Of a DNA stretch of 64,000 nucleotides, positions 39,075-51,988 are shown in pieces. The stretch is from Phaeosaccion multiseriatum (Eukaryota > Protista > Ochrophyta, other classes). The position numbers and the translations under genes were made by a program. Under the pieces are notes generated by a model. That model did not search any database. It saw only the letters and a program-made list of their open reading frames with translations, and had not been told where the DNA came from. Where the stretch lies: the NCBI GenBank assembly GCA_965112735.1, contig OZ218950.1, positions 4,278,001 to 4,342,000 of the forward strand, read 5' to 3'. Every line of letters begins with the position of its first letter. The first letter of the stretch is position 1.

Positions 39075-42000
39075 TCAGTCACTGTCCTGCTCCTGCTCCT
39101 TGCTGCATCTCCTACACACGAAGCGGCTGTCCACGCCGCGAGGTATGCCAGGGACGCATCCTGAGTGGACCACCGCCCCGCACTGAGCGCAATCGCGCAT
39201 GAAGCCGTATGGGCCCTCGCCACATTCCTTGCACACGTCGGGTGACTCCTCAGGCCCTACAAGAGTGGGAGCGGTTGCTGCTGGTGCCACTGGTGCTGCT
39301 GCAGCCGTGCCCAGCAGACTGCCCACGCAGGTAGCGGGCGTGCCACCCCCACTGGAGTGATGAGTCTTGGCGCTTCTTGGCGCATGCGAGTGACTGGCAC
39401 CACCCCCGCCTGCTGCGGCTGCCACACCAGCGGGGGGCTGTCCAGAGGGGGGCTTCTTCTCTCGCTTGATCTTCCGCCACAAGGCAGCAGAGAAGGAGGA
39501 GGAAGCTTTCGCCTGCTGGGCTGGCTTTGTCCTCCTCTTGCCCTCAGTCACGGCCAGTGGGGCTCCTTGGACACCAACAAACATCCCTTCCCCTTCGCCT
39601 TGCCCACTCGCTCCCGATGCCTGCAACGCCGCGCCGCTGGCCATTTTGTTGTTGAGTCGTCTCTTCTTCACGGGATGGTCCGCCTCATCCTCCCCCTCCT
39701 CATGCTCCTCCATGTCATCATCTTCTTCTCCTCGCCTTCCGCTGCTGCTGCTGCTGCTGTCAGTGGTGGCGCGTGGCTCTTCCTTTTCGACCTTCGGCTC
39801 TATGAGTGGCGGATGCACGAGGGCATGACCGCCTGCCTGCGTTTGTTGCTGTACCACCAACTGCTGCCGCTGCTGCGACTGCCAGTCGCCGCCGTCGCCG
39901 CTGTGACTTAGGACACTGCTAAACCTCGCATCAGAAGCAGGGGCCGAGGCAGGGGATAGGTGGTAGCTGCTGTGTTCGCTTTCTCTTCCTTTTCCCTCCG
40001 AGCCAGCCCTCGCCCCTACGGTAGCCATCGTAGTACGATGTTGCGCTTCGTGGTCGTCGTCCCTCTCCGCGCTGATGGCAGCAGAAACGGCACTGCAGGA
40101 AGAGGCAAGAGACGTTCTCCTGGACGGAGTGACTGTGTGCGGCACGTCTGCATCCGCCGTTCTTAGGTCGAGCCCGAACCTACCCTCTCCTTCTCGTTGG
40201 CCCGTCTGCTCAGCCTCACCCTTTTGGGGAGAAGAAGACCTCAAACGCGCCTCCGCTTCGCTCAAGACGGTGTTGCTTGGGGCTGGGGCTGAGAGAGACG
40301 AAGGCACCCTCTTCTCCTCTTCCTCCTGCTGCTCCTGCTTCTGCTCCTCCTTGTCCTCCTTGGTCGGCGTCTGATGCCCCGCTACGTCCTCCTGCTCCTG
40401 CTCCTGCTCCTGCTGCTTCTGCTGCTTCTGCTGCTGCTCCTGCTGCTGCTTCTCGCCCCCCTGCTCTTCTTCACCTGAACATCGAGAGCGGGGAGCAAGC
40501 AACGCAGCAGCCTCATGAGGACCATGACTACGGCCATCATCCCTGGCGACGCGAGCTTGACATGTTGATGATTCACCACCAGGCTTCTTCGACACCTCTG
40601 CTGCTCCCCGCGATGAAGAGAAAGGAGAGGAAGATGAGGCAGAGGTAGATGTGTCGACAGGAGGGGCTTGTTCATGAGCCCGTAACGCTGCTCCTCCTTT
40701 GCCTTGCGGTACTTGCTGATGCCCCTCCCCTTCCCCCTCCTCCTGCCCCTGCCCCTGCCCCCCCCCCCCTCCTTCTCCCCTTCGCTGCTGCCCTTGACCT
40801 TGACTTTGACCTTGCCCATACGCTTCTTGTTGGGCGCGAGGTAGGAGCAGAAGCGCCTCGTCTTCCTGGGCCCGCTGAAGGGCTGCAAGCCTCCGACAAG
40901 CATCCTCCGCCCTCCTCGCCTCCTCCTTGCCCCGCTTGGCCATGGCATCCTTCTCCCTCACAAGGGCCTGTACGTGTGTATGTAAAGTATGTATGCACGT
41001 ATGTGTACCGGCGTCGTAAGAATGAGAGCTCGCCCATTCGAGAGTTAGACCAAGTTGGCGTGAAATCCTCGTCCACAACGACCGCCGCGAAATTCCGTGA
41101 GGAACAAGCAAGGCAGGGCAAGGCGAGGTAAGCAAGCTAGCAAGGCCCCGTACCTGGTTGGCCTCTGCGAGCTGATCATTCTCCTTCGTGGCAGCGAGAA
41201 TCTGTGCTCTGAGGCCCGCCTGGCCCCTCTGCTCCGCCTCCTGCGCCTGCCTGCTGGCCTGTTGTAGCTCCCTGAAGCCCTTGATGACTCGATTGAGCCC
41301 TCTTCCCTCCTCCTGCAGCTCCGACACGCGACCGTCCCTCTCCTCGAGGAGCCGCAGCCGCTCTCGCCCTTCGGTCCGCTCGCGCTCAAGCTGCGCGGAG
41401 GTCCTGCGTGGAAAGGCATCGATTGGTTTAGATTTTAGGTTACGTGTTTCTAACAACCCCGATAGGTATGTAGGCAATATCGCCCTCTGTCTTCGCTCTC
41501 GACTACTTTGCTACGAACCTTTCAGCCACCCTCAGAGCCTCGTCCTTCTCCTCCTGCAGCGCGGCCAGTGTGAGCCGCTGCTTCTCCATGGTACTGATGC
41601 ATCCAAAGGCGGGGGTGGGCACACGGGCATGATACGTGCAAGAATAAGAGAGCGTCGACGTGAGTGCGTGCTGTGTGCCCATCTCACGCCTACCCTACAC
41701 CTACCTCTGCACGCTGGCAAGCTCGCGTCGCTGCTCTTGCAGCATAGCTCCTCCGGTCCTCGCAGTCTCCTCTCCGACGGATACGGCCTCTCCGACGGCA
41801 AGCGCTTGGCGACGCAGACCCTCGAGGGTCCGACGGAGCCGGTCCTGCGGGGTGCGAGGCAGAGGCGTGTGAGTAGTCAGGGGCACGCCAAACACTTAGT
41901 CAAGTAGGCAGGCAAGCAGGCCGGCAAACAAGGAGTGTGGGAGGGGCTGGGGCCGTCGAGCGTGCAAAAAAGCCGGCGGTTGGGCTGGGCAGGAAGCCCG

Positions 42001-42083
42001 CGGCACCCTGTCATACCCCGCCCAAACACACCCTTGCACTTACACATGCGCAGAAACATACACAATTACACGCGCACACACGC

Positions 42084-42119
<36 letters not shown>

Positions 42120-43400
42120 GCACACGCACGCACGCACACGCACGCACGCACACACGCACACCGCACGTTAGCACAAGCCCACGAACAGGCACACCTAGTA
42201 CCTGTGAGTCCTTGAGGTCCTCGCACATGCTGACGAGGTGTGTGCGCGACTCGGAGCCCGACCCTTGCGCGGACTTTAGGGCCGCGAGGTCTCCCTCCAG
42301 CCGCTTGGCCCGAGCCTCCTCCTGGGCAGGGCACAAGCGGAGAGGAGCGGAACGAGGGGGATGGTGGTGTGGTGGTGAAAGGGACAAGGGGGAGGAGGGG
42401 GGCGGCGAAAGGAAATGAAACTCGGGAAGAGGAGAGAGTAGAAGGACTGGAGGGTTTGGTGCAGGGGTTGGCAATTACTTTGCTTCTTCGCAGAGGGGAG
42501 GGGGCGGCGGGAGAGAGAGAGGGAGAGAGAGCACAGAGGAGAGAAAGAGGGATACATAGAGACGGAGAATGAGAGCGATAAGGGGATGGGCTCTTCCTTC
42601 GCTCTCATCTTCCACGCCTCGCCTCGCCTCGCCGCGCCTCGCTGCTCTGCCTGCGCCACCAACCTTCTTGAGGATGCGGTTCTCCAGCCTCAGTTGCTCC
42701 AGCTCCCGCTGCTGCCCCTCGCTCACGGCCTGCAGGTCCCGCAGCTCGCTCTCGCGGAGGGCCAGCGCATGTCTGCAGTGCTGCAGCTGTGTCTGATGTG
42801 ATCGGGCCTCTGTGCTTATCAGCCTCTCACCCAGCTCGCTGAAGGCGCCATACGACTCTTTGGATGAGCCTTGATGAGCTTCTCCTTGTCGACAGCTGTC
42901 GCCGCTCTGAGGAGTGGTGCTGTCGTCGCCGCGAAGTCGTGTTGGGGCCGTGGAGCCTCTCGATGCTGCGGCGGTGCTGCCCTTGTCCAGGACGTTGTCT
43001 CTCGCGTCCAACTGGGCAACGGCCTTGTCTCTCGCGTCCAAGGCTTCCTTCCGCTCCTGGCGCAAGCTGTGCATCTCGAGGCTTATCCTCTTCATTGCTA
43101 AAGAAAGCAGCTCCTGCAGTTTGGCGCAGTGGATCTTGAGAGCGAGGGCGGACCGTGAGTCCGAGTCGGGTAAGGGAGGGTTGTTGCCGCCCTTCTCCTT
43201 CTTCTCGCTCTTCTCGGTACCTTCGCTCCTTTCATTGCTGCTGCCTCCGAAGCTGTTGTTCTTGCTGCCAGTGATAATACCGCGGCTATCACTGCTGCTA
43301 CTGACGCGCTGGTGCTGCTCGTCATGCTCCTGTTCTTGTGGCATGCCCCTCGAGATCTCCTTGTGCTCCATATTTCGCCCCACCCTCTACAACCAAGGCG
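39075..43400 (-). CDS. Coiled-coil protein with C-terminal PHD finger, multi-exon (start unresolved)
   Basis: Exons ~43396-42662, ~42324-42201, ~41842-41701, ~41400-41153 and 40967-39075 encode heptad-rich E/Q/L/R stretches. The C-terminus CKEC..C..CGAVVH..C..FVCRRC matches the C4HC3 PHD pattern. Confidence 0.75.
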
Positions 43401-43883
43401 AAGAAGGGAAGTACAAACGGAGTGCATTCGAAAGGCAGCAGGAAAAAGGAGAGGGGAGAGTTAGAGGGGAGCGAGAAAGATTCGGCCGCTGCGAGGACCC
43501 TCATTGCCTGAAAGGGCCGGGGCGGCGGCCAGACCAGCGGCACGCACGACGCCACTAACGAGTGGCGACTGGAAGGCGGCAGCAGCAGGCTTCCATGCGC
43601 TACGTACGGTGCTCTGATCAGCAAGTAGTCGTCTCATCTACAGCGCTTGCTCACCTGATAAGGGAAGGGGAGTGTATGAGCGAGGCGTTGACTCCGGCCC
43701 AGCAGCAACAAGCAGGATAAGTCAGCGGGCGTGAAGGTGAGGCACGAGCCCTCCGGCACAGTTACAGTCACCGGGTCAGGGCTCTGGGAGGGGGGAAGAA
43801 AGAGGTGGAGTGATTTGAAGGAAAAATGACCTCGGGAGGCCTCTGGGTGCCCCCGGGGGACAGAAAAGGCCTCAACTTTTATT

Positions 43884-43940
43884 GGATCGATTTTTTTTGG
43901 TCCGTGGATCGATTTTTTTTGGTCCGTGGAGCGACTTTTT
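43884..43940. repeat. 22-bp direct repeat (GGATCGATTTTTTTTGGTCCGT x2 plus a degenerate third copy), possibly a transposon subterminal repeat
   Basis: Directly visible, immediately upstream of the DUF6729-like pseudogene. Confidence 0.55.
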
Positions 43941-44132
43941 TCCTATATTTCTGCTCCCCCCCCCCTCCTTCCCCCTCCTCTAAGGAGGTCAACGCTGCTT
44001 AAAAAACCACAACTGCTACATTCCAGCAGTAGTAATGGCTTAGTGAAGGATTTCTCATGGCAGGAAGGTGGCAGGGCTGGTAGTAGCAGCAGCAGTCAAG
44101 CAAAGAGAGGTACATATCAAACATTTCAAACC

Positions 44133-46580
44133 ATGACACCACCAGCAGCAGCAGAGAATGGAGGAGAATGAAGAAGCTGTAGCGGGGCAGCACACAAAAG
44201 GATGGAACAGCACCACCTTTGTGACAGTCCTGAAGAGATTTCTGGCGCACAGGGCTCTTCGGATATCAGTGGAAAGGCCGCAGGAGCGCACGACGACAAT
44301 GACAGTGCCAGTGATTGGGACGACGAGACTTGGACGCAAGCCGGTGCTCTGGCAGATGCAGCCGCTGCGGCGGCACAACCAGCGACCGCTTCGAAAACTG
44401 GCACTCAAGCGAGAGTGGAGGCTGAGCTTGCAACAATCGCCGCAGCACAAGAGGAGAGGCGGAAAGCAACAATTGCAGGCAGCAAGGCAGGACTTGCTCA
44501 ACCAGAAGGCGACTTTAGAAGATGCTTACAAAACTGGAGGAGGACGAGGCCGGCCCTCGAAGGGTATAAGCGAGAAGAAGCGGTTGATTGGTGCAGCTAT
44601 AAAAGGAATTGATGAGGATTTCCTGCTCCCAGCGGAGCAGGAAGAGAAGCGAAAGAAGGAGATGGAGGAGAGGAAGAAGAAGGGCTGTGACATGTCTTCG
44701 AGCGCAGACAGGGTAGATGGTGCAAGTGGTGACCACTTCGTAGGGTTTTCTTCGCCGCCCCTTGGTCGCACGTCTAAGCGGTACGTTCTCAATTATCGCC
44801 TCTTCGCCGCCCTTTCTGTACATACCTTGACACACTTTCTTGCCCCTGTTGTTCTCGCCCCCTTTCTACATCTTTTGTTGTGCTAACAGGGGTGAGAACG
44901 ACGAGGATGAGGACGAGGATGATGGTAATACGGGCGAGGAGGGGGGCGGTTGTGGGGGGGGAGGGTTTGGGACGAAGAATAGACCACCAGCGCAGACTGA
45001 GTTCATCAAGGTAGCACTCCAGGCGGCAAAGGATCCAGAGAAAGGGTTGTCTACTTGGGGATCTCCCTACTTCAGGGCCCCGACGGTAAGCCGCCAGTCT
45101 CAAGTGGGAGGGTACGCCCAACGTGACGTGTTTGTCTGGCCCCCCCACATCTTCCACAACCTTGGAGAGGACCATCGGCAGCCTCTTTGCGCATGGCATG
45201 CCTCGTCAAAGTGTGTACAAGCTAATGGATGGACGGCGCCGCAGCGGGCTGTGCATGTCACCAGCCTGGAGGACAACTTTGTCATGGTGGGGACAAGGCA
45301 TCTGTGTGCAGTGCGATGGGAGGAGAAGAAACGGATGAAAGCTGCGTACAAGGAGGCGGAGAAGAAGAAGGATACGTCACAAGAGCAGGTTCGTGTGCTT
45401 CGGTTGTGTCTCATTTGCGCTACTCTCTGCGGCTTTGGATGAAGACGCCTCGCCTCTCTTCTTCCCTTGTCCTTTCCTCACTTCGCCCTCCTTCCTTGTC
45501 CCCACCCCTGTCCAGCTTGCCGCTCAGAAGAAAGCCATTAGCGAGTACTCGACCTCCTTCTACTCCTACGACCCACGCGTGACCACAGCGTACAAGGAGA
45601 ACTTACGCTTCCAGTGGGTGACTGCAGAGCTGCCCGTTGAGGTAGGACCAGGCAACACGGCCCTTACAACCTCAGCGGCCCTGCTTCTCGTGCGAAACGG
45701 TACATCAACTGGCAGCATCGGTGACACAGAGAAGCTGTTTAAGGAACTGGAGTCGCATTCCCTGAGCCGAAAGCAGCTACAGTTTCTAGGGGAGGTGAGT
45801 TTCTGGCAGCTCGCCTTGGGAGACATGGGGGGCGGCTTCGAGGAACTCAGAAGCTTACGAAAGAGGAATTGGCGACCTTGATGCGCGCATCGATTTAGAT
45901 GTGGGCGGCTCTTTGGCCGCCCTTGCCGCTCTTTCTTATGCCATCCACTGCAGAAGCTTACTTACAGTCTGTCTTCCACTCAGAACTCGCCTACAACGAG
46001 CTCAGGAGCAGCCACTTCTTCGAGGCTGTTCAGCGGCCCCTTCGGAGGGAAGTGGGACCATCTGCAGCCGCTGCGGGACCTGTGGACAAGGCGTGGGTGC
46101 GGCAGTTTTTGCCCAGGGCACAGACTCTCGCGGCACCACAAGAGGACCACGACGCCATCGAGGGGCAAGAGCGAGCAGAGAACCCTGCTCCAGTTGCGGG
46201 GGAGGAGGGTGGAGACCACTTTAGCGAGGAGCATGTTGGCGGAGATACTGCGGAGGGTACAGCAGCGAGTGGCAGCATGGGCTACACCCCCCTCCCGCTT
46301 TCCGGGATGGAGTCTGCCACTGCTGGAGGAGCTGCTGCTGCAGCAGCAGCAGGACCTCCCAGCGCCGGCAGCAGGAGCCGCAGCACCGTGGCCGGCAGCG
46401 GGAGGATCGGGGGCAGGAGCAGTTGTAGCACCTGCAGAGGGTGGTGTCGCTCTCGGGAGGGGTGAGAGTACCCGCGAGACGGAGCTACGGAAGAAGGGGG
46501 AGGCCTGGAAAAGGAGGAGAACAGAGGCAGGCGCAGAGGGAGGCGGCAAAGCTCCAGAAAAGGGCGACCCTTCATGGTGA
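44133..46580 (+). pseudogene. Decayed DUF6729-like (putative DNA-transposon-associated) gene
   Basis: Exons read DVFVWPPH..PLC..ANGW..QRAVHVTSLEDNFVMVGTRHLC (44890-45388), SFYSYDPRV..ELPV..TALT..LLVR..EKLFKELESH..QLQFL (45515-45800) and PSTAEAYLQSVF. From memory this matches the DUF6729 motif order. It has an in-frame TGA at 44169, a frameshift near 44465 and further shifts near 45850-45900. No downstream transposase catalytic core is seen. Confidence 0.5.
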
Positions 46581-49170
46581 CTCGTACCTTTCTGTGTACA
46601 TGGTAATGTAAATGCAACACATTGGTCTTGTTCAGTTGCCTCTGCTGTCGCGCACGCTTCGTGGGAGCATGTCTGTCTTTCTTCTTCCTCCCTTTTGGAA
46701 AGTGCGTCGAGAGGAAAGGAGGAGAAGCAGCTAGGCCCACGCACAGCACTGAAACTCAAATCCAGACCGCGGTTTGGATCTGAGTTTCAGTTTGCTCCAC
46801 CTCTGTCCGGTCACCCAGTAACAAGACGCACACGTCATCACTCTGAAGAACACGAGTCTTATTATTATGAACATGAAATCTCCAACCAGCGGACAGGCCT
46901 TTTGTTATCCCTCTTCGCCCTGCCTCCTCCTTGCTTGTCCTCCTCCATCCCCAAGGCCCCTTGTTCTATTGGTCGCGTGCACCCGTCGTTCTTGACCCAG
47001 CTTCCATCCTCCCTCTTCCCCTGCTCAGAATGACACCACTCCTCGTCGGGCGGTCCTCGCTCGTCGGGCTGTTGAGGAAGGTCGGAGGTGTTTGGCGAGG
47101 AGGGGAGGGAGGGAGGGAGAGAGAGAGAGAGCCATTCAGAAGCAGCCAATGGAAGAGAGAGGAGGAGGAGCCGGCGCTGGGGAATTTCTCCTTTCCCCGT
47201 CCCTTCCCTCATCCCCGTCACTGCCTGAAGGCCTTCCCTCACGGCCGGCGCTCGGGCTCGGGTGCTTCTTAGACCAAGTCAAGGCCAAGGAGAGGAAGGA
47301 CATGTGGGAGTGGCAGCCAGCTCAACGAGACAAGAGTGCCACGGAAGGCATTCCCTACCCTTGGCGAGCCCGCGGGCAGCAGTCCTCGCCCCAATCCATG
47401 GCAGCAGCGGCACATTCGCTCCGTGGCTCCATGACGGGGTCGCCGAGCGAGACCCGGCCGCCCCTCCGGCTCCCAGTCGTGTCACGCGTCTCGGCTGGCA
47501 TGATGACAAAGCAAAGCAAAGGGAGCGCCGAGCGGTAAGGACGGGTGAGAAGGCCGCGACGGCGGAGAGACACAGGTATTGGCAGCCCTGAGAAGGGCTC
47601 CCGAAGTGCACTAAGCAAACCATCAAAAAGATCATGACCAATCAAAATCATGGGGTCCGGCCGCCCACCCGGCTGCTGGCTGCTGTGCAAGTCAACGAGG
47701 AGCCACCTCCATAACTCCGGAGCCGGAGCAGTCGGCCTACTTGGTCACCGGCGCCTTTGTGCCCCTCCCCTCTCTCTGTGCCCGGGCATGGGGGCAGAGC
47801 AGAGTGGACCTTAACATCTAACTACTATTGAAGGTCGGCAAGAAGTCTTGTCCCGGAGACAGACACAGCGGGTGTGTACGTCCCCGGGCCGAGACTACAC
47901 TCCTTCTGCGTGCTATCTGCTACCAGCCGGCTTCAGGCGACGTGCTACCTGCTACCAGCCGGCGGCCAGTGGCGTGTTACTGGGCCCTGCGGGGCCGGTA
48001 GATATGCTACTGGAAATGCGTCGGGCCCACGTCAGGGGTTTGACAAGCCGCCTCTTGTGGCCGGGAGGTGTCGCTTCTCCGCGCACTCTCCTACTCCCTT
48101 TCTCACCACTCTATGCTGCTGGTCCTTGCCCCCCCCTGCCCTTCTCTCTCCGCTCTCGCTCCCCAACCATCCCTCCGTACGTCCATCATTCACCATGCCT
48201 ATGCCATACTTCTCCCCAAACAACCCTCCCGCCCGTGCACCCTCTTTCATCGCAGGCCCTCTTCCTTTCGCACTCCCTGTCGTAGACCACCAAACCTCCC
48301 TCCTCTTGTCCCTAATTTTGGGCCTCGCGCACACCTCTTGCTCTGGGACGGGAAAGGTCGATGACGGCCATCAGCGGCTGGTCTGCGGTTTCAGCGTGGG
48401 AAGCAAGGGAGGGAGGGTGTGGGGGTGGGCGAGGAGGAGGTCAGTTTTGGACACTAGCAGCGCCTCCTGCATAAATATGACGGCAGGCAGACAACGCGTC
48501 TCCACACACTGTCAATGCTGCTCATCGCCTTCGCCCTTCTCTCTCTCCACTCTCACTCTCCAACCATCCCTTCCCCTCTCCGTCACCCACCACACCTGGC
48601 CCCTGCTTCTCTCCAATCCGCCCCTGACCATCCACTTTCTTCCTCTTCACCTTTCTCTCCATGACACTCTCGCCTGTCCCCCATCACCCTTCCTCCTCTT
48701 ATCCCTCTGCTTTCCGATCCGTACCGATCCGCCCCTACCCACCATGTCATGTCGCCGCGCCCCCGCTCTCCAAACCCATCGCCTCTCCTCCGTATAATAC
48801 ACCGGCTTTCTCATGCGCGTGTCCGTCATGCGCCCCTCCCCCGCAGCATCGGCTGCTGCCTACTCGGCTCGGCTCCCCGCATCAAACATGCCTCTTCCCA
48901 TCACCTGGCCCTCCCTCTTCGCCCTCTATCCCGCCTCTCTATCGGTAGTGCTTACATCCAGTCCCTGTAGTGCTTTCACCGTTGATGATTAGTACGGGCA
49001 TTGAAAAAAAACGAGTAACGGGATTTCTAAGTGAGTTTGAGGGATGAGACCATAATTTCCCCGCCCCTAATGTCGCTTCCATGAACGCCACCTCCGCACC
49101 TACGGCCACCTGCGTCTTGCTCAAGGGAGCTCCACCCTTTCCTCCCCCTTTCCTCGCGCGAACGCCACAG

Positions 49171-49585
49171 TTTTGGCAAGAGCTACATCAGAATCGGTAC
49201 CGAGTCGGCCAGCAATCAAGCAAATCAGATGGGCGCCCAGTCGCGATGCTTGGATGTGCTCGCATGTCAGCCCGAGCGAATCAGTGGATGTAAGTAGGCC
49301 AGGGGAAGGGAAGGGCATGTGAGACAGGGAGCGAGGGAGCGTGGTTAGACCGAAATAGGAGACGAACGAGCGGAACATGACGTACCCACCCAACTCCAAC
49401 CCCCCTCCTCCCGCCCCCGCGCATCCTCACCCCTTACCACGTGTAGTTCCTTCTGGGCTGGCGCACCCCTTGGACGCAAAGAAACATTTTTCAACGTCGA
49501 GTGAGCGCAGTGATGTAACGCGTACACTGGAGACATGTTCGTCCTGCCGTTCGGCAACGTGTACACCATAAGGAACCACCTGACG
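49171..49585 (+). pseudogene. Two-exon relic resembling the C-terminal cupin of CENP-C/Mif2
   Basis: Exon 49171-49289 and the exon from 49447 join in phase 2 to give ISFWAGAPLGRKETFFNVE*AQ*CNAYTGDMFVLPFGNVYTIRNH. There are TGA stops at 49502 and 49511. Confidence 0.5.
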
Positions 49586-50130
49586 GTATACGGGCATATG
49601 GCAGTGTGTGGTGGGAGAAGTCGCTCATCAGGTCCGACGGAGCAAGTGTCGAAGAAGCCATCCCCCCCAAGCCCACTCGCCCTCGCGACAGAGCCCCCCC
49701 CCCCCTCGCGACACCTTCTTCTCCGACGAAAGGCGAAGGAGAGTGGACCGACGGCGGGGAGAGCGAAGACCTGGGACGCCCGCGTTGGACAGGGAGAGCG
49801 ACAGGGGGTGGAGACGGAGCCCGGCCATCCGGCGGGACGCAGGAGGGGCAACGCAGGCCTCCACCTACCACCCTCAGAGTTGATGTCGGAAAGGAGATGA
49901 CGCCGGTGAAGGAACGAGGGAGCGGAAAGGACAAGTCGGTGAAGGAAGTGGGGGAAAGGGAAGGAGAAGTGGTGCGCAACAAGGAGGAGCGGCGCAAGCT
50001 TCCCAGGTGGGACAGCGAGGTCTGCCGCCCGTGGTATTACTGGCTCGAGACGGAAGGTCCGGCAAGCGTTGCGCGCGGCCGATCTGAACAAGTGCAGCAG
50101 GCACCGCCGCCTGCTGCAGCAGCTGCAGCA

Positions 50131-50163
<33 letters not shown>

Positions 50164-51520
50164 GGAGGAGGAGGAGGAGGAGGAGCTGCTGTAGCAGCAG
50201 CAGCAGGACCAGCGCCGGCAGCAGCAGCAGCAGCAGAGGGACGATCAGGGGCACGCGGGGGGAAATGTCTAGTTTTCTTTCTTTTCCCCCCATATGGGCC
50301 TCCTTTCCGAACCCTTCCTGCCCGAAATGGAGTTTAGCTCCCTCTTAGCTACACACAGAGAGCGATCGAGGATCGAAGAGAAGGAAGGACAAAGACAAAA
50401 AAGGGGTTGGACGAGGATTGCCGCCACGGTGGGGATGATGCCTATTCAGGTCGAGCAGCGGAATCCGGTGCAGCAAGATGTGTGCTGTTTGTGGCAGCTG
50501 TGCGTGGGTCCCAATGTTTACTAATATATTTTAAAACCCATACAGAATGATCACACACAGAATGGGCGACAGAAGGGCTGGGCTAATGAACTGAAACTGG
50601 AAATGAAGAGCCTCCGCCCCCCCCCCCGCTTTTCTCCTTTTTATATATCTTTCATCCTTGCCTCCGCACTGAATAGCATAGCCACCAAGCCAGGAGAGAT
50701 ATAGGGAAAGGAAGGGGAAGGCTCAAGCGCGACACGGGGACAGCTGGCTTGGGGAAAGGACAAGCTTTAGTTTCGTTTTGCTTGTTCCCCCGACCAGCCA
50801 AGACAAGAAGCAAGAACCACGGCGGCGGTACCCAACGGCGCAGTACTAGAGCAGCAGCAGCAGGCACCGGGCACCAAAGGCGCCTCTGAGCAGGCTGTGG
50901 ATCCGTTTTGGTGGTCTTCCGCCACCGGCTCCTCCTCTGGTGGTGCCCTGCCTGGTCGAGGAGCCCAGCGCCGCCCGACAGGCAGCCCCAGCGGAGGCTG
51001 TGCGAGGAGCACGATCGGGTGCGTGCGTGTAGCTTCCTTTCGGCTGGGCTGCTCTCGCCCACCGTTCCTGTCACTGGCTGCGTGTCTGCCTCGCTCGCTC
51101 ATGTCTTCTTGTTGCTCATCCCCCCAGCCATACCGACCTTCTCGCTCGCTCACACATGTCACCACCAGCCACAGGCCCAGCCTGCCGATTCTTTCCGCCA
51201 TTGTTCTGCGCGGCGGCAGCAAGCATGTGTCTCCTCCTTCATGTCCTCAAGCCCTCATTGTTGGGGGTGTCAGCACAGGAGACCCTCCTGCTCGTTGGGC
51301 TGCTGGTACTCGGGCTCCGCCTGCTGCTGCTGCTGCTGCTGCCTCCTCCTCGGTAAGCAAGTCCAGGAAGCTAGCTAGGCTAGTAAGAAGGGAGGGACGG
51401 AAGGGTGTCTTTCTTGACTTCTCAAGGCACGCTCGGAGTCGACTTCCAACCCAGCAAACCCATCCTAAATGTTTCTCTCTCTCTCTCTCTCTCTCGTCGT
51501 CCCTTTGCTTATACTACTAG

Positions 51521-51954
51521 CGAGGCAACGGAGCGTACTTCTAGGAGGAAGAAGAAGAACAGACGAGCAAGAAGGAGGAGGAGGAGACAGAGGACAGAAG
51601 AGGAGGAGGCGGAGAGGCTGGAGGAGGAACAGCAATTTCAAAGGAAGAAGAGGCAAGCCAGGGAAAATGACCTGGCAGAAAAGAGGAGAAAGGAGGTCAA
51701 GGAGGTCAAAGCATCCTCCCGGCGGCGTGAGCTACTCCGTGCTGTCGTGGGCAGTTGTGCGTACAGAGACGCCCGGCGTGTGGACAATCACGCCAAGAGC
51801 ACCACTCGTCGTCTCCTCAACGAGGAGATCAAGCGCCTCCAGCAGAACGACCCACACCTGTTTAGAAGCCTCTGGGTGGGACGACAGCCCCCCCAGAGGC
51901 TCGTTGACGTTATTCTCCGGCGCCTCGACCTGGCCATCGCCCGCAGTACTAGAG

Positions 51955-51988
<34 letters not shown>

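Noticed and set aside
43830-49070. Terminal inverted repeats enclosing the DUF6729-like region
   Set aside because: No convincing inverted match or TSD was found between the 43.8 kb and 49.0 kb candidate ends.
46600-49100. Several 100-300 aa ORFs that might encode a transposase core or reverse transcriptase
   Set aside because: No DDE, RT, integrase or KDZ motifs were recognisable. This is probably decayed or non-coding sequence.
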